Shown: positions 29,201 to 38,812, counted from the stretch's first letter. The stretch is DNA of 64,000 nucleotides from a virus (IMGVR_UViG_3300009285_005282:55737-119736), one strand, 5' to 3'. Notes: generated from the sequence alone by a model not told the origin. Numbers and translations are program-made.

Positions 29201-32200
29201 TCGGTTACGTTGCTTCACCATTTCCAGCAGTTTGGGCATGCTGCGGATAAGTTCATACCGGACGCCATGTTCGGTCTTCCCCCGGAGCAACTCGCGGTGC
29301 TGTTCCATTGGCTGTTCACGTGGGGGGATGGGCACACCAAAAACGGTAAACCTGTTTCTCAAAGTACGGTATCCCCTCGTTTAGCGGACGGTCTGCAGCG
29401 TTTGGCGCTGCACTTGGGAATGGCCGCGAACGTTACCGTGCTTCACGACGCGGGGTTGACGACCATCAAGGGGCAAGAGTGCCATGTTCAAAAAACCTAC
29501 GATGTGCGCATGGTCACAACGAAGCTGCACCCGCAGGTCAACCACGGGCACGTACATCAACAGCGTGCGCAAACTGAGGAGATCGTTGAGGACTACGACA
29601 AGCCAGTTTACTGCGTTATGGTACCAGAGCACGTCATCTACGTCCGTCGTAACGGCAAGCCGGTGTGGAGCGGGAACAGTGGTCGCCACGGCAACAAGGG
29701 AATCACGACCCAGATTCTCCCAGATGCGGAAATGCCCCATGATAGGGAGGGACGCCCAATGGAGATCCTGCTCAACCCCATCGGGTTGGCCGGCAGGATG
29801 AACGTGGGGCAGATTCTGGAGACCGCGGCGGGAAAGCTCGCCGAGAAGACGGGGCAGACCTACCAGGTCTCCAACTTCACCAGCACGGACAACCTGACCG
29901 ACGTGCAGAACGCGCTCAAGAAGGCCGGCATCTCGGACAAGGAGGACCTGATCGACCCCAATACCGGCAAGGTCATTCCTCAGATCCTGGTGGGGAAGCA
30001 GCAGATCATCAAGCTGGAGCACCAGGTAGACAAGAAGATGCTCTCCCGAAGTCGAGACGCCTACGACCACAACCTCGTACCCCGAGGTGGTGGAAAGCAC
30101 GGCGCGCAGTCCTATGGAGCATTGGGGCTGTACGCGCTGTTGGCGCACGGCTCCCGCGCCAACATCCGAGAAGCGCAGACGTGGCGGTCGGACCGGGCGC
30201 AGGGCGGCGACACCGACGAGCTCTGGGGAGCGCTGCAATCTGGCGAGCTCCTCCCACCCCCGCGAAAGACCTTCGCGTACCGGAAGTTCAACGCTTACCT
30301 GAACACCTTGGGGGTGAACACCGAGAAGGACGGAAACTCGCTGACCCTGGTGCCGATGACCGACAAGCAGGTTCTGGAGATGTCCAACGGCGAGCTCACC
30401 GACGCGGGGAGGGTGCTGCGGATGAAGAGCCTAACGCCGGAGCCAGGGGGGCTGTTCGACGAAAAGATCACCGGTGGCTTGTCTGGTCAGAAGTGGGCGC
30501 ACCTCACCCTTACCCACCCAGTCCCCAACCCGTTGTTCGAGAAGGCGGTCATGAGCCTGGCTGGAATCCGCGGTCCGCAGTTCGATTCGCTGATCCAAGG
30601 GCAGAACGGAGTGACCGAGCAGGGAGCGATCGTCGGTCCGGGGGTGCAGGGTGCGCTCTACGGCCCCCAGTCGATCGAACGTTTGCTGTCCAAGGTGAAC
30701 GTGGGCACGGAGTTGGAGCGGGAGACCGCACGACTGCCTCGGCTCAAGGGGCAGCTGCTCAATGAAACGGCGCGCAAGGTAAAGTACCTACGGGCGCTGC
30801 AGAAGGCCAACCTGACTCCGGTCGACGCCTATATGACGAAGCACGTTCCAGTGCTGCCCCCCGCCATGCGCCCGGTGTCGGTGATGGATGACGGGTCGTT
30901 GCAGACGGACGACCTCAACCAGATCTACAAGTCGCTGGCGTTGGTGAACCAGCAAGCTGGCGCCTTTCCCGAGGGGACGCCGTGGTCGCTCAAGGCGCCA
31001 GTCGCGGCGAGCGTGTACGACCACGTGAAGTCCCTAGCCGGTCTCGGGGGCTCGCTCAACCGCAAGCACCCGGGCATCCTGGACATCATCGCTGGGCGTA
31101 ACAGCCCGAAGGAGGGCTACGCGCAAGCGGTGCTCATCAAGCGCAAGCAGGACCTTACCGCACGCAGCACCATCGTTCCCGACCCGGGGCTGGCGTTGGA
31201 TGAGGCGGCGCTGCCCCGCAAGCTCGCCAAGGAGATGTACAAGCCCTTCATCGTGGCGGAGCTGCGGCGGGCGACCGGGCGCAGCCCCTTGGAGGCCAAG
31301 GAGCTGATTGACAAGGATGACCCGCTTGCAGTGAGCGCACTGGACCGGGTGGTACAGCAGCGGCCTGTCCTACTGAAGCGGGACCCCGTGCTGCACAAGT
31401 ACGGTGTGCAGGCGTTCAAGCCGCGACTCACCGACGGGCGAGCAATCCAGATACACCCGCTGGTGTGCAGCTCGTACAACGCTGATTTCGACGGGGACGC
31501 CCAGGTAGGAGCGGTGTTTGCTTTCCTCCCAAATGCGTTATATGATGCAGAATGTGGCTTCTGGTCACAGCGGGAGGTAGGGATGACGGCGCGATTTCAA
31601 GAGACAGTGAGCTATGACACCGAGGGTGGTCATATGGTCATATGTGACCTGAAAGACTTCCCCCACCTGGAAGCGAAGACCACTCGGGGGCATATCGACT
31701 ACCACCCGGTGCCCGTGGGGGTCAAGGTGGTAGCCCTCGACGAACGGGACGGGCCGGTGTTGGCGGAGGTGACCGGCTGGTCACTCCATCGGAAGCGGCG
31801 GGTAGAGATTGTAACATTGGGTAGCGGGCGGCAAATCGTCACCGACGACGACGAGCGTGCCGTGTACGGGGTTGACGCGTCCTCACTGGAATGGTGTCGC
31901 CGTCGCCCTCGGGAAGCGCGGGACCAGTTTGTCCCGGTCGTGGATCAGACACCCGTGTCAGACGTGGTCCAGTGGAAGACCTGGCCAGTAAGATCCAGTA
32001 GTCCTCGGCTGCACGCTCAAGTGCCGGGAAACTTCGACTTTGGCTATTTTCTCGGCGCCATCGTGGGCGACGGGTGGGCAGCCCGCGTAGACGGGGACCC
32101 ACATGACGTGTGCCTGGGTTCCTCGATTGCGGAAGTCAGCAAGCGCTGGACTGACGCGGCGCAGGTGCTGTTTCAAGAGCCAGTGGCCTCGTGCTGGATA

Positions 32201-35026
32201 TGGAGAGCACACGGGAAGCTAGGGGCCTCGGAGGGTAGCGGGTCGGTGACAATTTCGTGTCGGGACCTCGCACGCTTTGTGGATGACGTGGTCGGACACG
32301 GCGCGGAGAACAAGCACCTGCCCCCGTTCTTTCGTACTGCACCTCGGGAGTTTGTGGTTGGCCTGCTGAGCGGCTTGTGGGATACGGACGGGTCAGTGTC
32401 GTTCTCCGAAGCTAAGAACAAGCCGCAGTTCATGTGCAGCTACTCTTCCAACAGCCTACAGCTTGTTCAGGAGATTCAGAGTCTTCTACGGACGTGGGAG
32501 ATTAGCTCGACGGTCACCCCCACGAAAACTCCTAAGGGTACACCCGCGTGGGTGCTCGGCGTGTCCACCGTCGACCTTTTCAAGTCTGATTTGGAGCTAA
32601 GGCTAGCCCACCCCGACAAGGCGACGGTGCTCCGACGGTTCTTTGACGGACCTCTTCCGGACGACCGCATGGCCTACAGCCGCAACCGTTTGGTGCCGCT
32701 CCCCGCCGCCTTAGCCCGAGAGCTGCGAGTGCTGGTGGGGTGCCACGAGCGTACGAGCATGTACAGCACGCTGAGCAAGGCCGTACAACGACAGTACATA
32801 TCCAAAGTCATGGCCGAAGACGTGCTACGGGTGGTGCACAAGTGCTCCCATCCGTTGTTCGAGCGATGGCGACAGGTAGTGCAGTTGAAGGGTGTGCACT
32901 TTGAGAGAGTGGAAAGTGTCGTAACCACAACTGTCGAAGAAGACGGGTACGACCTTACTGTTCCCGGCTACGAGACGTTCATGAACGTCGACGGGGTTGT
33001 ACTGTCCAATACCATGTCCGCCTTCGTCCCTATATCGGCAGAGGCAGTCTCCGAAGCGCGCAACATGTTTCCCTCCTCCAGCCTTCTCAGCCCCTCTACC
33101 GGCAAGCTCGCCTTCGCTCCTTCCCATGAACAGCAGGTGGGGCTGTTCATGGCCAGTCAGGTAAACGCGGGGTCGGTGAAGCACTTCACGGACCGTGCAG
33201 CGCTGGACGTAGCGTTCAATGCGGGGAAGGCCAAGTTGAACGACGTCGTGACCGTCGGGTCCGTGAGAACGACCCTCGGACGGCTACGCATCAACGACCA
33301 CCTCCCAACCTCAATGCAGGGAGGGCGCATCCTGACCGATCTCGGGTATCACCTTACCAACAAGGAACAGTCAGGGCTGTTCGCCGAGCTGGTCAAGACG
33401 GACCCGAAAGGGTACGCCGTGGCGGTCAACAAGCTCAAGGATCTCGGCAACCACGTGGCCTCCACCGAAGGGTTCACTTTTGGGCTGGAGGACATCAAGG
33501 TCCACCGGGGTATTCGAGATCCCATCCTGCACGCCGCAGAACGGCAGACAGCGGGGCTGGACCTGACCAAGCCGAAGGACCTGCAGAAATACGTCGACGT
33601 CTACGGCAAGGCTATGACCCAGCTCGACACCGCATTGTTAGAACAGGCGCGGAGGGGCTCGGGGCAGCTCGACCGGTTGGAGGTCTCAGCGGGTATCAAG
33701 GGCAAGGCGTACCGACAGCTCACTGGAGCGCCAGTGCTGTTCGTGGACGGCAAGGGAGACGTGGTGCCCAACCCAGTCCGCCGTTCCTACTCCGAGGGGC
33801 TGACGACCACCGACTACTGGGCGGCCACCAGCGGCGGGCGGAAGGGCATCATCCAGAAGGTGCAGTCGGTAAGCGAGCCGGGGTACATGACCAAGATGAT
33901 GACCAACTCCACCATCGACCAGATCGTGGACACTGACGACTGCGGGACCGAACGGGGCATTGCCCTTTCGGTGACCGAGCCGGACATCATTGGGCGGTAC
34001 ACCACCGCTCCCATCAACATGGCGCCGGGTAAGTCGCTACCTGCGGGAACGCTGCTCACCCCCGATCTGGTCACGCGCATCCGCAACAACCGGGGCAACG
34101 CCAAGGTCGTCGTGCGCTCTCCGCTACGGTGTAACCACGCCACCGGACTCTGCGCTCGGTGTGCGGGGCTGAACGAACACGGTCAGCCGCACGATCTTGG
34201 CACCAACGTGGGGGTGCTCGCCTCTCAGGCCATAGGTGAGCGCGGCACGCAGCTCGCAATGCGGGCCTTTCACGCAGGTGGAGTCTTCGAGCCCGGCGGT
34301 GCTTCCTCCCTCACCGCGGGGGGTATGGACCGCGCACTTGACCTATTGTACCTCCCGCAGAAGGTCAAGGGCTCAGCCGTACTGGCACCTCTTTCAGGCA
34401 CGGTAACTCAGGTACGCAAGGACCCTGCTGGAGGGGTACGGGTTGCGGTCCGTTCCGGCGCGGCGGCAACCGAGGTGTACATCCCGCAAGACCGCGCCCC
34501 CTTGTCGACGCTGCGCGCTGGCGCCACGGTAAAGCGCGGCGACTTGCTCTCCTCCGGACCGGTCAACCCGCACGAGCTTTTACCACTAGCAGGGGTGAAC
34601 CGTACGCAGGGACACTTGGCAGAGGAGCTGCATGACCTGTATGGCAACTACGGCATCCGTCGGAGGCACTCCGAGCTCCTAGTGCGGGCGGTCACAGGGG
34701 TGACCAAGATCGAAGACCCGGGGGACCATCCGGGATTCCTGCGTGGTGACTACGCCAACGTGGCCGCGGTGCAGCAGTGGAACAAGCAGAACAAGACCGG
34801 ACGACCTGTCCAGCACGCGCCGGTGCTGCGTGGCGTCAAGCAGATTCCCTTGGACGTGCAGGAGGACTGGCTTGCACGGTTGAACCACAACCGTCTCCAG
34901 AGTACGCTGGTGGAAGCGGCGCAGCAGGGATGGTCGTCCGATCTGCACGGGACGCACCCCATCCCGGGGATTATTTACGGTGAGGAGTTCGGGAAAGGAA
35001 CTCCGGACAAACCATGGAGGTACTAG
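26288..35026 (+). CDS. rpoBC: Fused beta/beta-prime RNA polymerase with two inteins (about 2052 aa after splicing)
   Basis: Beta: HTPES, NFEDG, GDKL|SGRHGNKG, LNPIGLAGRMNVGQ, KLEHQVDKK. Beta-prime: PVLPPAMRP, RDPVLH, NADFDGD, GRKG, GERGTQLAMRAFHAGG. Confidence 0.95.
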   Translation: MARLDPKESYEALKDGVKEAISKTFPHVGKVNTLELEGIDIPDELSSSDYAAQKQAKLNERTFGIPVQATMVLRENATGKVLDRSVVKIATLPKITDRYSYITAGTEYQVDNQWRLRPGVYTKVKQNGDLDSFFNIKGRPLHVGFDPKTRKFDFQIGGAAPPLYPLMKALGVSDDTLERQWGTDILAANRVDTRGKPHNLQRTVIDIAQRLDPRAEVGSYEQAASVIRANLESSALHPEVTQRTLGKSIDRITPEAMLLSTGRLLGIAKGKEREDVRDSQLFKDLHSTEDFVKERITGHASVIARRVGNNLDRKGKIREIVVPDVYDRPIREFFGKVSLANSAAQTNPLRMIGGQMRTTIAGEGGVADANRITEDAKLVDPSHFGVLDPLHTPESSATGVSLQLALGARKQGNRVVVPLIDVKDGKTKLVDTSVMYDSTVALPDSVKKQGDKFVPVSGSKVVASVPGNAMLPVAMKDVDYIVPRSGQMFSMATNLVPFINSDSPNRATMAGRHMEQAIPVVNSEPPLVQSMLGSVSMDTVIGRFASTRAPLDGKVTKITADHITVADADGVEKHIPVYSHFPLNDKKGYIHSTPVVKVGDTVKSGQLLADSNFTKGGVYAPGTNLRTAYMTWAGRNFEDGVVLSETAAQKLASAHMYKKGLATRDLELPGKKKYHAYYPLQKEQLEKLDDTGVVRVGQRVKPGDTLVAALAERTLTTEEQRLKLLHNSLVKPKKDKAVTWDEDYEGEVVEVHRTPKRVQVHVKTVEPMEIGDKLCYDEQTDVLTLTGWKPVSEVTCEDLVCCLVGEEVVYQHPIAVFSYPTGGRMYVIRSQQVDLFVTAAHQMYVRLRGAQQYQLLPAESLFGKRVRYRKDGVWRGEHRQSITLPAVTVPDRRYKLGQRDTAPLTLDMSTYLLLLGAFLADGNCVCIPNSGTYGIEFSKVREPNRAELRAALTTAGISWTPASNNTKTRLHSVTLLHHFQQFGHAADKFIPDAMFGLPPEQLAVLFHWLFTWGDGHTKNGKPVSQSTVSPRLADGLQRLALHLGMAANVTVLHDAGLTTIKGQECHVQKTYDVRMVTTKLHPQVNHGHVHQQRAQTEEIVEDYDKPVYCVMVPEHVIYVRRNGKPVWSGNSGRHGNKGITTQILPDAEMPHDREGRPMEILLNPIGLAGRMNVGQILETAAGKLAEKTGQTYQVSNFTSTDNLTDVQNALKKAGISDKEDLIDPNTGKVIPQILVGKQQIIKLEHQVDKKMLSRSRDAYDHNLVPRGGGKHGAQSYGALGLYALLAHGSRANIREAQTWRSDRAQGGDTDELWGALQSGELLPPPRKTFAYRKFNAYLNTLGVNTEKDGNSLTLVPMTDKQVLEMSNGELTDAGRVLRMKSLTPEPGGLFDEKITGGLSGQKWAHLTLTHPVPNPLFEKAVMSLAGIRGPQFDSLIQGQNGVTEQGAIVGPGVQGALYGPQSIERLLSKVNVGTELERETARLPRLKGQLLNETARKVKYLRALQKANLTPVDAYMTKHVPVLPPAMRPVSVMDDGSLQTDDLNQIYKSLALVNQQAGAFPEGTPWSLKAPVAASVYDHVKSLAGLGGSLNRKHPGILDIIAGRNSPKEGYAQAVLIKRKQDLTARSTIVPDPGLALDEAALPRKLAKEMYKPFIVAELRRATGRSPLEAKELIDKDDPLAVSALDRVVQQRPVLLKRDPVLHKYGVQAFKPRLTDGRAIQIHPLVCSSYNADFDGDAQVGAVFAFLPNALYDAECGFWSQREVGMTARFQETVSYDTEGGHMVICDLKDFPHLEAKTTRGHIDYHPVPVGVKVVALDERDGPVLAEVTGWSLHRKRRVEIVTLGSGRQIVTDDDERAVYGVDASSLEWCRRRPREARDQFVPVVDQTPVSDVVQWKTWPVRSSSPRLHAQVPGNFDFGYFLGAIVGDGWAARVDGDPHDVCLGSSIAEVSKRWTDAAQVLFQEPVASCWIWRAHGKLGASEGSGSVTISCRDLARFVDDVVGHGAENKHLPPFFRTAPREFVVGLLSGLWDTDGSVSFSEAKNKPQFMCSYSSNSLQLVQEIQSLLRTWEISSTVTPTKTPKGTPAWVLGVSTVDLFKSDLELRLAHPDKATVLRRFFDGPLPDDRMAYSRNRLVPLPAALARELRVLVGCHERTSMYSTLSKAVQRQYISKVMAEDVLRVVHKCSHPLFERWRQVVQLKGVHFERVESVVTTTVEEDGYDLTVPGYETFMNVDGVVLSNTMSAFVPISAEAVSEARNMFPSSSLLSPSTGKLAFAPSHEQQVGLFMASQVNAGSVKHFTDRAALDVAFNAGKAKLNDVVTVGSVRTTLGRLRINDHLPTSMQGGRILTDLGYHLTNKEQSGLFAELVKTDPKGYAVAVNKLKDLGNHVASTEGFTFGLEDIKVHRGIRDPILHAAERQTAGLDLTKPKDLQKYVDVYGKAMTQLDTALLEQARRGSGQLDRLEVSAGIKGKAYRQLTGAPVLFVDGKGDVVPNPVRRSYSEGLTTTDYWAATSGGRKGIIQKVQSVSEPGYMTKMMTNSTIDQIVDTDDCGTERGIALSVTEPDIIGRYTTAPINMAPGKSLPAGTLLTPDLVTRIRNNRGNAKVVVRSPLRCNHATGLCARCAGLNEHGQPHDLGTNVGVLASQAIGERGTQLAMRAFHAGGVFEPGGASSLTAGGMDRALDLLYLPQKVKGSAVLAPLSGTVTQVRKDPAGGVRVAVRSGAAATEVYIPQDRAPLSTLRAGATVKRGDLLSSGPVNPHELLPLAGVNRTQGHLAEELHDLYGNYGIRRRHSELLVRAVTGVTKIEDPGDHPGFLRGDYANVAAVQQWNKQNKTGRPVQHAPVLRGVKQIPLDVQEDWLARLNHNRLQSTLVEAAQQGWSSDLHGTHPIPGIIYGEEFGKGTPDKPWRY
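28610..29677 (+). mobile_element. Intein 1 (356 aa) with LAGLIDADG endonuclease in beta GDKL|SGRHGNKG
   Basis: Begins CYDEQTDVLT, TAAH block B, LGAFLADG, ends VWSGN with +1 Ser. Confidence 0.92.
31499..33010 (+). mobile_element. Intein 2 (504 aa, Ala1) with LAGLIDADG endonuclease right after NADFDGD
   Basis: Removing AQVG...VLSN restores NADFDGD-TMSAFVP; FLGAIVGDG, LSGLWDTDG; YDLTVPGYETF block F. Confidence 0.88.
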
Positions 35027-35028
35027 CA

Positions 35029-35430
35029 ATGGATCGCGCTTCGGAGATCATGTACCGAGCGTTCTTCGACGAGTTGGGGCACATCGAACGACACCGGCTG
35101 TCCAAACTGGCGGTAGATGCAGCAGCGGCTGCACAGCTCCCCGGTTTCATGAGCCGTGTCGGGCAAGGGTTGGTCAACCTGGGACAGCACGGGGCCGGTG
35201 CGGCAGGTAAGGCGATTCGTGCTGGGTACACCAACGCCGCCCAAGGCTTTGCAAAAGCCAACCCCGACGTGGGCTGGGTAGGACGGAACTGGCAGGGCGT
35301 GAAGGGCGCGCTACGAACGCCCGAAGGGGCAGCTGCCGCTCTCGGCGCCGGTGTGCTCGGCACGACCGCAGTCGGTGCTGGTGGGCTGGGCTACTTGCAC
35401 GGACGCAGCACAGCGGCCCCGCGGTACTGA
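35029..35430 (+). CDS. Glycine-rich protein with AFFDEL...SKLA leader (cargo family)
   Basis: GGAGG RBS; C-terminal ALGAGVLGTTAVGAGGLGY. Confidence 0.7.
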   Translation: MDRASEIMYRAFFDELGHIERHRLSKLAVDAAAAAQLPGFMSRVGQGLVNLGQHGAGAAGKAIRAGYTNAAQGFAKANPDVGWVGRNWQGVKGALRTPEGAAAALGAGVLGTTAVGAGGLGYLHGRSTAAPRY

Positions 35431-36557
35431 TGCCCCGCTCCCGCGCCATGTCCCCCACGCAGCGGGGGACCCAGACCGTTGCCATCGAGCAAGGTCAGGT
35501 CATCAATGTCGATGTAGCGCGCTTCACCGTGGACGTGCGGACGAGCCGTACCCATCGGCTATTGCTCGACTTGAAGGTCGGAGCACCCTATCTGCACTAC
35601 AACGCCGGTGAGGGGTTCTCGGTCATGCCCGAAGTAGGAGCGCTGGTGCAGGTCTGCCTGCCGAGTGACGACGTCCCCTTCATTCTCTGCTTCGTGACCG
35701 CGTTCGAGCGTGCGGACACGGACACCTCCAGCGAGCAGTCCCAGGCGACTTTTCGTGCTGGCCGCCCCGACATGGAACAGGGGGACATGCTGCTCCGTAC
35801 CAGGGATGGCAACCAACTCTGGCTGCACCGGGGCGGGGTCGTGGAGATCGGGGCCACTCGGTTGGCGCAGCGAGTGTACGTCCCACTTACGAACCTTATC
35901 CGGGACGTGTTCGAGAACTACGAAGCCCTCTCTACCGCCGGGGAGATGTACTGGACCACCACCAGGTCCGACAGCGACCCGGATGATACGGCACGGGCGG
36001 TGTTCACGGTTGGGGTGCGGGACGCCGCGCAGGACTCCGCGAGCTCGGTGATGGTCAAGCTCGGCCACGTCGACGACACCATACGTGTTCGCTGCGTGGT
36101 AGCTCCCAACAGTATCGACAGCCGAACCGGCGAGGTGGACGGTGACGCCGTGTACGAGCTGACCATCAACGAGGACGGCGACGTTGCGGTCACTACGGCC
36201 GGCGACGTCACCGCCGACGTGGACGGCGAGTTGGAGCTCACTGTCTCCGGTGAGGCCAACGTCACCACCGGGAACCGCACCGACACCGTCAACGGTAACC
36301 TCAGTGTGCAGGTGAGCGGCGAACACGAGCTGCGCGCTGCTACGAGTCGAGAGACGGTGAGCGGGTCAAAGGTGCTGGACAGCCCGTTGGTTTTGCTTGG
36401 CGGTCCCGGCGCCCATGATGCGATGATGCTGGTGACAAGCTCGGTCATTGCCTTCATGGCGGCCCACACGCACGACGTGCTGGGCTCGGCCACTGGCCCC
36501 CCGAGCCCTTCGGTCACCCCGGCGCAGATGTCCGCACGTCGTGTAAAGGGGGTGTGA
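35430..36557 (+). CDS. Baseplate central spike (gpV/gp5-like)
   Basis: OB-fold (MPEVGALVQV), V/T/G/D beta-helix repeats, C-terminal AHTH metal-binding tip. Confidence 0.75.
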   Translation: MPRSRAMSPTQRGTQTVAIEQGQVINVDVARFTVDVRTSRTHRLLLDLKVGAPYLHYNAGEGFSVMPEVGALVQVCLPSDDVPFILCFVTAFERADTDTSSEQSQATFRAGRPDMEQGDMLLRTRDGNQLWLHRGGVVEIGATRLAQRVYVPLTNLIRDVFENYEALSTAGEMYWTTTRSDSDPDDTARAVFTVGVRDAAQDSASSVMVKLGHVDDTIRVRCVVAPNSIDSRTGEVDGDAVYELTINEDGDVAVTTAGDVTADVDGELELTVSGEANVTTGNRTDTVNGNLSVQVSGEHELRAATSRETVSGSKVLDSPLVLLGGPGAHDAMMLVTSSVIAFMAAHTHDVLGSATGPPSPSVTPAQMSARRVKGV

Positions 36558-36841
36558 CCATGCTGAACGCTACCGCACTGGAGACGCAGATTTTGGAGCT
36601 CTATGCTCAGGAGCTGGCGGGGGCCTTTCCTGACGTGCTCAAAGGTGTTGAAATAGAGCGAGTGTCTCGTGAGGACGGCACCGAGCAGATAACCGTTGTG
36701 GAACGTCGTGGGCCGATCGAGGTAGACGCAAACAAACTGCGACCGTTGGCAAGAGCCATCGCGCAGGCGGTCGTGCAACACCTGGTCACGCACGGGGAAG
36801 CGGTAGACCCTGCGGGCGTGGCAAACTGGAGGTTGAGATGA
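36554..36841 (+). CDS. Small baseplate-associated hypothetical protein
   Basis: Follows spike; LARAIAQAVVQHL. Confidence 0.55.
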   Translation: MTMLNATALETQILELYAQELAGAFPDVLKGVEIERVSREDGTEQITVVERRGPIEVDANKLRPLARAIAQAVVQHLVTHGEAVDPAGVANWRLR

Positions 36842-38808
36842 ACTTATACGTGGAACCTGCACCGTTGCAGAAGGTTGCGGGTGAGACCCCACTGGACTCC
36901 TCCTCCGACGTTTGGCCGGAGCAGGTGCACCAGGAGCTGATCAGACAACACCCGTACCTGGGGACGTACACCGTCACCCCGGTGATGACCCGCACCGACG
37001 GCGAGCAAGGCTACGGGTTGGGGTTCTTGCGCGTCAGCAACAGGTCCCAGATGCAGGACACCGGTCCCGCGGCTGAGTCGCTTATGGCAGCTCGCGGAGT
37101 GCGCGCGGTGCGCGTACCAATCGTCATCCGGCACAGCAAGCTCCAACCGCTGGATATTTTCATAGACGATAAGGGAAAGACGTGGCCCCTGACCGACTTG
37201 CGGGTGCGCGCTGCGCTCTTTCGCCCAGAGCTTTTCGACAGCACTGGCACCGCCCCGGCCAGTGCGGGGCTGGCTGAGCAGCTGTACCCACCCGGCGCCC
37301 GGATGGAGCACAGCGGGCTCATCGGCAAATACAGCTCCGAGCAGGCTATGCTGGCCCGGGTTGCGCCAACGATAAGCGCCGCCTCGTTGCACAAGCTGGC
37401 GACCGAGCTGCGGCAGGAAACGGTGTACCAGGCGGTCGCAGGACGTCCCGTTGCCGGGCTGATCGACGTGTTGGCCAACGTGCAGCCTGTCACCAGGGAG
37501 GACATTGCCAAGGTAGCCGGGATGACCCCCCGGGCACCAGACGTGGTACAGGTAGAGCGGATGGGGGAGACCTACCTGATCAAAACCGCCAACAGCGAGG
37601 ACTTCGCCCCCGAGGTGGTCGAAGCGGACCGGTTCACCGCTCAAGAGGTTGCCGGGAACGACCTGGTCACCGAAGCCGACGCCTCCGGGGTAGCGACGGT
37701 ATCCGCCAACCCGACAGTCCGCCAGGGCAGCATGGAGGATGAGAAGATCTCCCCCATCTCCGACTTCGGAGAGTACCGCGTGAAGACCACCGAGGGCCAC
37801 GAGCTGCTGGGGTGGGTCTTTCCTCACGTCATCGACTTCAATGGAGTCGAGCTCCCCATGACGCTCTTCACCAATGGCTCGGTGTCGGCGGTGCAGTCCA
37901 CCATCGTAGGCTCGTTGGTGGGGCGTAGCACCAACGTCATTCGTGGCCGACCAGAGGGCTACGGGTTCTTCTACCGGGTCACCTCCACTGGCGGCGCCGT
38001 GGCTGTCCAACCGGTGGAGCTGCGCGAACGGTTCGAGGATGAACGGGGCGTTGTCCTTCGGGGCACGACGCTGTTAGGGGAGCCGTTGGAGCTGCGCTTC
38101 AGCCCCGACGTGCAACTCCCGACTGCTATCGACGAGGGCGTGTACTTGCTGCCGGCGGACGTACGTTGGGCACCGCTTGGCAAGCGGGTGGAGACCGGGT
38201 TACTGGACAACCCTGAAGCCTTCGCCAAGCTCGCTTCGCTGCAACGCGCCCCGGCGCATCTTCGGGTAACCTCCGACGGGCGGGCCTGGTCGCTGTCCGG
38301 CCCCGCAGTTGAAAAGGTTGCCCACCGTTGGCGGGAAGCTCTGGGACCCGGTGACGCGCTGTTCATGACCGGGGTGGTCGGCATGACGCCCAGCCACGGC
38401 GCGAGGATGCTGGTCAAGGCGGCCCGAGAAGGGCGGGTGGACGTCTACGGTTGTCGAGCGCCGACCCCGGCGGGGAGTCGTCTGGCTGCAGCTCGGGGGG
38501 ACATGGAGAAATGGGCCGCGCAGGTCCCCCCCGCTCCGTGGTTGCTCAAGGAGGCCGCAGCGCTGGAGGACGTCGAGGTCGCCGACAAGGTACTCTCCTT
38601 GGGGTTCCTGAACCCCTCGAACGTGCATCTTTTTGTTAGCTGGTTACCAGAACTAGAGGAGGCGCTCAGTAAGCTGGCGGGGCTGCTGTTAGCAGTGCGG
38701 CTTGGCCTGGACGACGTCTCCGAGCACGCGGTCAAGACGGCGATGACCAGTGTAGACGAGACCCTGGTCGGGCTGAAGAAGCTGGTGTTCCACCAACCGG
38801 CGGCGTGA
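36838..38808 (+). CDS. Putative internal virion protein, KxA-rich
   Basis: 11 of 21 lysines in K-x-A. Confidence 0.7.
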   Translation: MNLYVEPAPLQKVAGETPLDSSSDVWPEQVHQELIRQHPYLGTYTVTPVMTRTDGEQGYGLGFLRVSNRSQMQDTGPAAESLMAARGVRAVRVPIVIRHSKLQPLDIFIDDKGKTWPLTDLRVRAALFRPELFDSTGTAPASAGLAEQLYPPGARMEHSGLIGKYSSEQAMLARVAPTISAASLHKLATELRQETVYQAVAGRPVAGLIDVLANVQPVTREDIAKVAGMTPRAPDVVQVERMGETYLIKTANSEDFAPEVVEADRFTAQEVAGNDLVTEADASGVATVSANPTVRQGSMEDEKISPISDFGEYRVKTTEGHELLGWVFPHVIDFNGVELPMTLFTNGSVSAVQSTIVGSLVGRSTNVIRGRPEGYGFFYRVTSTGGAVAVQPVELRERFEDERGVVLRGTTLLGEPLELRFSPDVQLPTAIDEGVYLLPADVRWAPLGKRVETGLLDNPEAFAKLASLQRAPAHLRVTSDGRAWSLSGPAVEKVAHRWREALGPGDALFMTGVVGMTPSHGARMLVKAAREGRVDVYGCRAPTPAGSRLAAARGDMEKWAAQVPPAPWLLKEAAALEDVEVADKVLSLGFLNPSNVHLFVSWLPELEEALSKLAGLLLAVRLGLDDVSEHAVKTAMTSVDETLVGLKKLVFHQPAA

Positions 38809-38812
38809 CCCC

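Noticed and set aside
26288-35026. Cellular rpoBC locus
   Set aside because: Flanked by portal and spike, no ribosomal protein genes, and divergent at otherwise invariant residues
36843-36848. CTTATA copy as a leftward promoter
   Set aside because: Lies in codons 2-4 of a + strand gene with no credible minus-strand gene downstream; may be chance or antisense
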